Origin: Candidatus Hodarchaeota archaeon
Lineage (GTDB): Archaea; Asgardarchaeota; Heimdallarchaeia; Hodarchaeales; Hodarchaeaceae
Direction: 5' to 3'
DNA length: 31,381 nucleotides
Assembly (NCBI GenBank): GCA_016839815.1
Contig: JAEOTM010000124.1
Span: forward strand, 1-31,381
Shown here: in pieces, positions 28,523 to 31,381 of the stretch
Position numbering within the stretch: the stretch's first letter is position 1
Layout: the number at the start of each line of letters is the position of its first letter
Program-made: the position numbers and the translations under genes
Notes under the pieces: generated by a model
What the model was told of the DNA's origin: nothing
Database searches by the model: none
What the model saw: only the letters and a program-made list of their open reading frames with translations

Positions 28523-29479
28523 ATGGACTTTAAAACCATTGGTTGGCAGGATATAGTCTTAAAAGTTCCTGATGAATGGGAAATAGTATTTGCAACGAAA
28601 CCACCCAAGAAGAAAGGTAAAGAAAAAACTGGCTATTTTGGCTTTCGGACCACAAAGAAAAAACTCCTCGAATTTCGATGGGTAGAGGTCGAGAAGGGGA
28701 AAGCTCCAGATTTAGATGTTGTTATTGGTGACTATTTCAATACTATTCAAAAAGAACAGAAACGAATTAAGAAACGAACCGACAGCGGGATTGAAGTCTC
28801 CACACACAAAGGAAAAACCCTGTACTGGACATCAGAAGATATGTCACTTCATGGTTATATTGTAGCATGGTATTGCAATGTTCTACACAGGTTAATCATA
28901 ATGCAAAGTCAATTTTCAAGTGATGAAGCCCATAAAATTAAAACAGATATTATGCAAGTCTTAGAAACGGTTAAATGTCATCCAGTAGATTACGAAAGTA
29001 AGTGGGTTGCACCAAATCTTACCATTTTTACCCCACGATCAATGTATTTGATTAAACAAGCTTTTTTAGTCGGGTTATCATTTTTTCAACTTCGATATGA
29101 AATTCTTGATATTTACTGTTACAGAATAGGGTTGGCCAACCAAAAAATCAATTCAATCGATGAATTACCAGCTTGGTTCCTGAATTATTATCCTAAAACT
29201 CTTCCAGGTATCCCTTCAGGGTTTAAACCAATTGAAGAGGACTTTAGCAAGAAAACACTCAGCAAGAAAAAAGATATAGTATGGAACTACAATAATAAGG
29301 AACAGAAAAGCACTTTCCCACTTAAATCAAAATCCGTATTTCAAGGATATTTTTGGCAAAATGAAGAAAAAAATGATATATACTGTTTAATATTCAAGTA
29401 CAAACGTCAATCATCAACAAATAAGAATATTGTGCAAATAATTGAGAAAATGTTTAGCTTAGCAGTTAGGAATAATTAA
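28523..29479 (+). CDS. Hypothetical soluble protein (318 aa), neighbour of the PqqD-like gene
   Basis: Long ORF; N-terminal GWQDIVLKVPDEWE resembles the start of PsbP/Mog1/DcrB-like folds (inference). Confidence 0.7.
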   Translation: MDFKTIGWQDIVLKVPDEWEIVFATKPPKKKGKEKTGYFGFRTTKKKLLEFRWVEVEKGKAPDLDVVIGDYFNTIQKEQKRIKKRTDSGIEVSTHKGKTLYWTSEDMSLHGYIVAWYCNVLHRLIIMQSQFSSDEAHKIKTDIMQVLETVKCHPVDYESKWVAPNLTIFTPRSMYLIKQAFLVGLSFFQLRYEILDIYCYRIGLANQKINSIDELPAWFLNYYPKTLPGIPSGFKPIEEDFSKKTLSKKKDIVWNYNNKEQKSTFPLKSKSVFQGYFWQNEEKNDIYCLIFKYKRQSSTNKNIVQIIEKMFSLAVRNN

Positions 29480-29491
29480 ATAGTGATTTTT

Positions 29492-29956
29492 TTATTCCAT
29501 AGAGACCTCTTCAACTGTTTTACCTTTTAAATCTGACTTTTCAACCATTTCCTGGGGAATTTGCCATCCAATAAGATGTCTCATATTGAGAAGTGTAAGG
29601 TATTTTGTGACTGCTGTTTCAGTCTCGGTGAACGTTAATTTATATTCCTCTTGAAATTTCTTAATTATTTGCTTAACTGTATTATTTCCATCGCATAATT
29701 CGAAAGTAAATTTACCTAGTTTATCCAATTGTATCTTTTTATAGTTTGGTGATGGAAGTAGTCTTCTTCTCAATGATTTCTTTTTAAATTTTGAAATATC
29801 AACTTCAAGCAATATTTGATCATCTTTTTCTTTTAAAACGGTTATGAATGTGCTTTGAATTGGTTTTAATTTATAGAATTCCTCTTTAGTTACGTGAAGA
29901 GATTTCTTCTCCATTTTATTTGCTTTTTTTGAGGTTGATCCTTTGGATGATGTCAT
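29492..29956 (-). CDS. PqqD-family (RiPP recognition element-like) protein
   Basis: IQLDKLGKFTFELCDGNNTVKQIIKKF...AVTKYLTLLNMRHLI matches the PqqD pattern L[DN]xxGxxxWxLxDGxxTVxxI plus terminal helix. Confidence 0.8.
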   Translation of the reverse strand: MTSSKGSTSKKANKMEKKSLHVTKEEFYKLKPIQSTFITVLKEKDDQILLEVDISKFKKKSLRRRLLPSPNYKKIQLDKLGKFTFELCDGNNTVKQIIKKFQEEYKLTFTETETAVTKYLTLLNMRHLIGWQIPQEMVEKSDLKGKTVEEVSME

Positions 29957-30051
29957 TAATATACGCTCAATAGTATTATTGATGTTAAATCATCAATTAT
30001 TAACGTACAAACCAGTAAATTAATAATTAATAAGCAATTTGCAAATTAGTT

Positions 30052-31381
30052 ATGCAGAACAGTGTAATTCTTTCAGATTGGCTTTTTTGTGTTGTAGATC
30101 TGACACAGAGAGAAGATATTTTAAGTTTAATGACAAAATATAACGAAATTTCTTCCATACCATTAGAAATGAAAGAATTTATTGTTCCAGGAACCTTACA
30201 ATCGAATATTGCAAGAATAGATGGATTAAATCCTTACTATGAACAAAATATGAAAAAATTTCAAAAGTATGAGAATCAGCTGTTAGTTTTAGTAGCAGAA
30301 ATAGTCATTGAACACGCTGATGCAAGAAACGGGCTAGTGTTTGACCACATAGATACCGTGTGTGATATTTATTTAAATGGACATTTGATCAAACATACAA
30401 AGAATGCTCACATGATTATTGAGGTCGACCTCCCTGCAAAAAATCTGAGAGAGGGAAAAAACCTCATTTTTCTTATTATCTATCCTCCCCTTCCTGAACA
30501 TCTGGATAATGATGTTTCTAAGATACTTAATGAACGAGTTCTTTATAGGAAACCAACTTATAATTTTGGTTGGGATTTCTCACCTAGATCACTCACAAAG
30601 GGTATAGGAAGTGTTGTCTTAATACGAAAGGAAAAACTTGAGATCACAGATATTTTCACTTATACAAAGAGAATTTCTGACACCTTTGGTATGCAAATTT
30701 TGGAGTGGGAGATAGAAAGTGAATTAAATGAAGAAAAAACTATCTCATTACAAATTATTGATCCAGATAACAGTAAAATTTGTTATTATAATGATATAAA
30801 GAGTAATATCAGGAAGGGGAGAAATAAGTATGAAAAAGAGGTAAAGATTGACAATCCCAAGTTATGGTGGCCACATGGATTTGGCCGACAGCCTTTATAT
30901 CACTTGAAAATGATGATTAAGGATATAGAATTAAGCAAAGAACTGTTGTTTGGAATTAGAACCGTTAAATTGATTCTAGAAGACGAAAATGACAGTCACT
31001 TCACATTTGAAATTAATAATCAAAATATCTATGCAAAAGGAGCGAATTGGGTTCCTACCGATTCATTGTGCAACTGGACTAATAATGATCACATATACTC
31101 CCATCTAGTTCAAATGGCAAGGAATGCGAATTTTAATATGCTGAGGATCTGGGGTGGAGGAGTAGTTGAACGAGATGTGTTCTATAATCTGTGTGATAAA
31201 CTAGGAATAATGATTTGGCATGATTTTCAATTTGCTTGTGATATTTATCCTGAAACCGAGGAATATCTAACCGAGGTTGAACTAGAGACTCAAGCAATCA
31301 TCCAAAGGTTAAGAAATCATCCTTCGATAGTTATCTGGTGTGGTAATAACGAAAATGAATGGATAGACTTTCAAAAAATCC
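30052..31381 (+). CDS. Glycoside hydrolase family 2, beta-mannosidase type (3'-truncated; absent from the ORF track)
   Basis: Manual translation from ATG 30052: VPGT, IDT..YLNG, RKPTYNFGWDFSP, LWWPHGFGRQPLY, FGIRTV, AKGANWVPTDS, NMLRIWGGG, WHDFQFAC, RLRNHPSIVIWCGNNE (acid/base Glu at 31351-31353). Confidence 0.93.
   Translation, partial: MQNSVILSDWLFCVVDLTQREDILSLMTKYNEISSIPLEMKEFIVPGTLQSNIARIDGLNPYYEQNMKKFQKYENQLLVLVAEIVIEHADARNGLVFDHIDTVCDIYLNGHLIKHTKNAHMIIEVDLPAKNLREGKNLIFLIIYPPLPEHLDNDVSKILNERVLYRKPTYNFGWDFSPRSLTKGIGSVVLIRKEKLEITDIFTYTKRISDTFGMQILEWEIESELNEEKTISLQIIDPDNSKICYYNDIKSNIRKGRNKYEKEVKIDNPKLWWPHGFGRQPLYHLKMMIKDIELSKELLFGIRTVKLILEDENDSHFTFEINNQNIYAKGANWVPTDSLCNWTNNDHIYSHLVQMARNANFNMLRIWGGGVVERDVFYNLCDKLGIMIWHDFQFACDIYPETEEYLTEVELETQAIIQRLRNHPSIVIWCGNNENEWIDFQKI

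Noticed and set aside
24567-29956. RiPP or PQQ biosynthetic cluster, suggested by PqqD + peptidase + ABC exporter + 'peptide transporter'
   Set aside because: No maturase, pqqA/B/C/E or convincing precursor; the peptidase appears inactive and the neighbours are glycan-related. Kept only as an alternative hypothesis.
1-31381. tRNA, rRNA, CRISPR arrays, selenocysteine/pyrrolysine read-through or programmed frameshifts
   Set aside because: Intergenic gaps are short and AT-rich with no cloverleaf or spaced repeats; recognised genes appear full length without split domains

Overview
AT-rich archaeal sequence (GGTGA/GAGGT ribosome-binding motifs, BRE-TATA-like promoters, priL-priS, PGF-CTERM-like surface proteins), most likely an Asgard/Heimdallarchaeia-type genome (inferred, not searched). 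The first ~4.2 kb is housekeeping: truncated priL, a strikingly eukaryote-like priS, a CaCA antiporter, a SAM methyltransferase and pcp. The remaining ~27 kb looks like one glycan-foraging locus. It encodes four secreted, C-terminally anchored proteins: two alpha/alpha-toroid glycosidase-like and two DUF4861-like. It also encodes a cytoplasmic paralog of one of them, a Zn-dependent polyol/sugar dehydrogenase and a GH2 beta-mannosidase that runs off the window end and is absent from the ORF track. Interleaved is an uncharacterised multi-component membrane machine: a 1501-aa PA/M28 pseudo-peptidase fused to a MacB/FtsX permease, two distantly paralogous OPT-like 'transporters', a minimal FtsX permease, two intact MacB/LolD-type ATPases, a Cys4 protein, a PqqD/RRE protein with no visible RiPP genes, and a 318-aa neighbour. 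My best hypothesis is an ATP-driven (type VII ABC mechanotransmission) oligosaccharide or glycopeptide uptake system within an archaeal PUL-like locus. No rRNA, tRNA, CRISPR or mobile element was seen.
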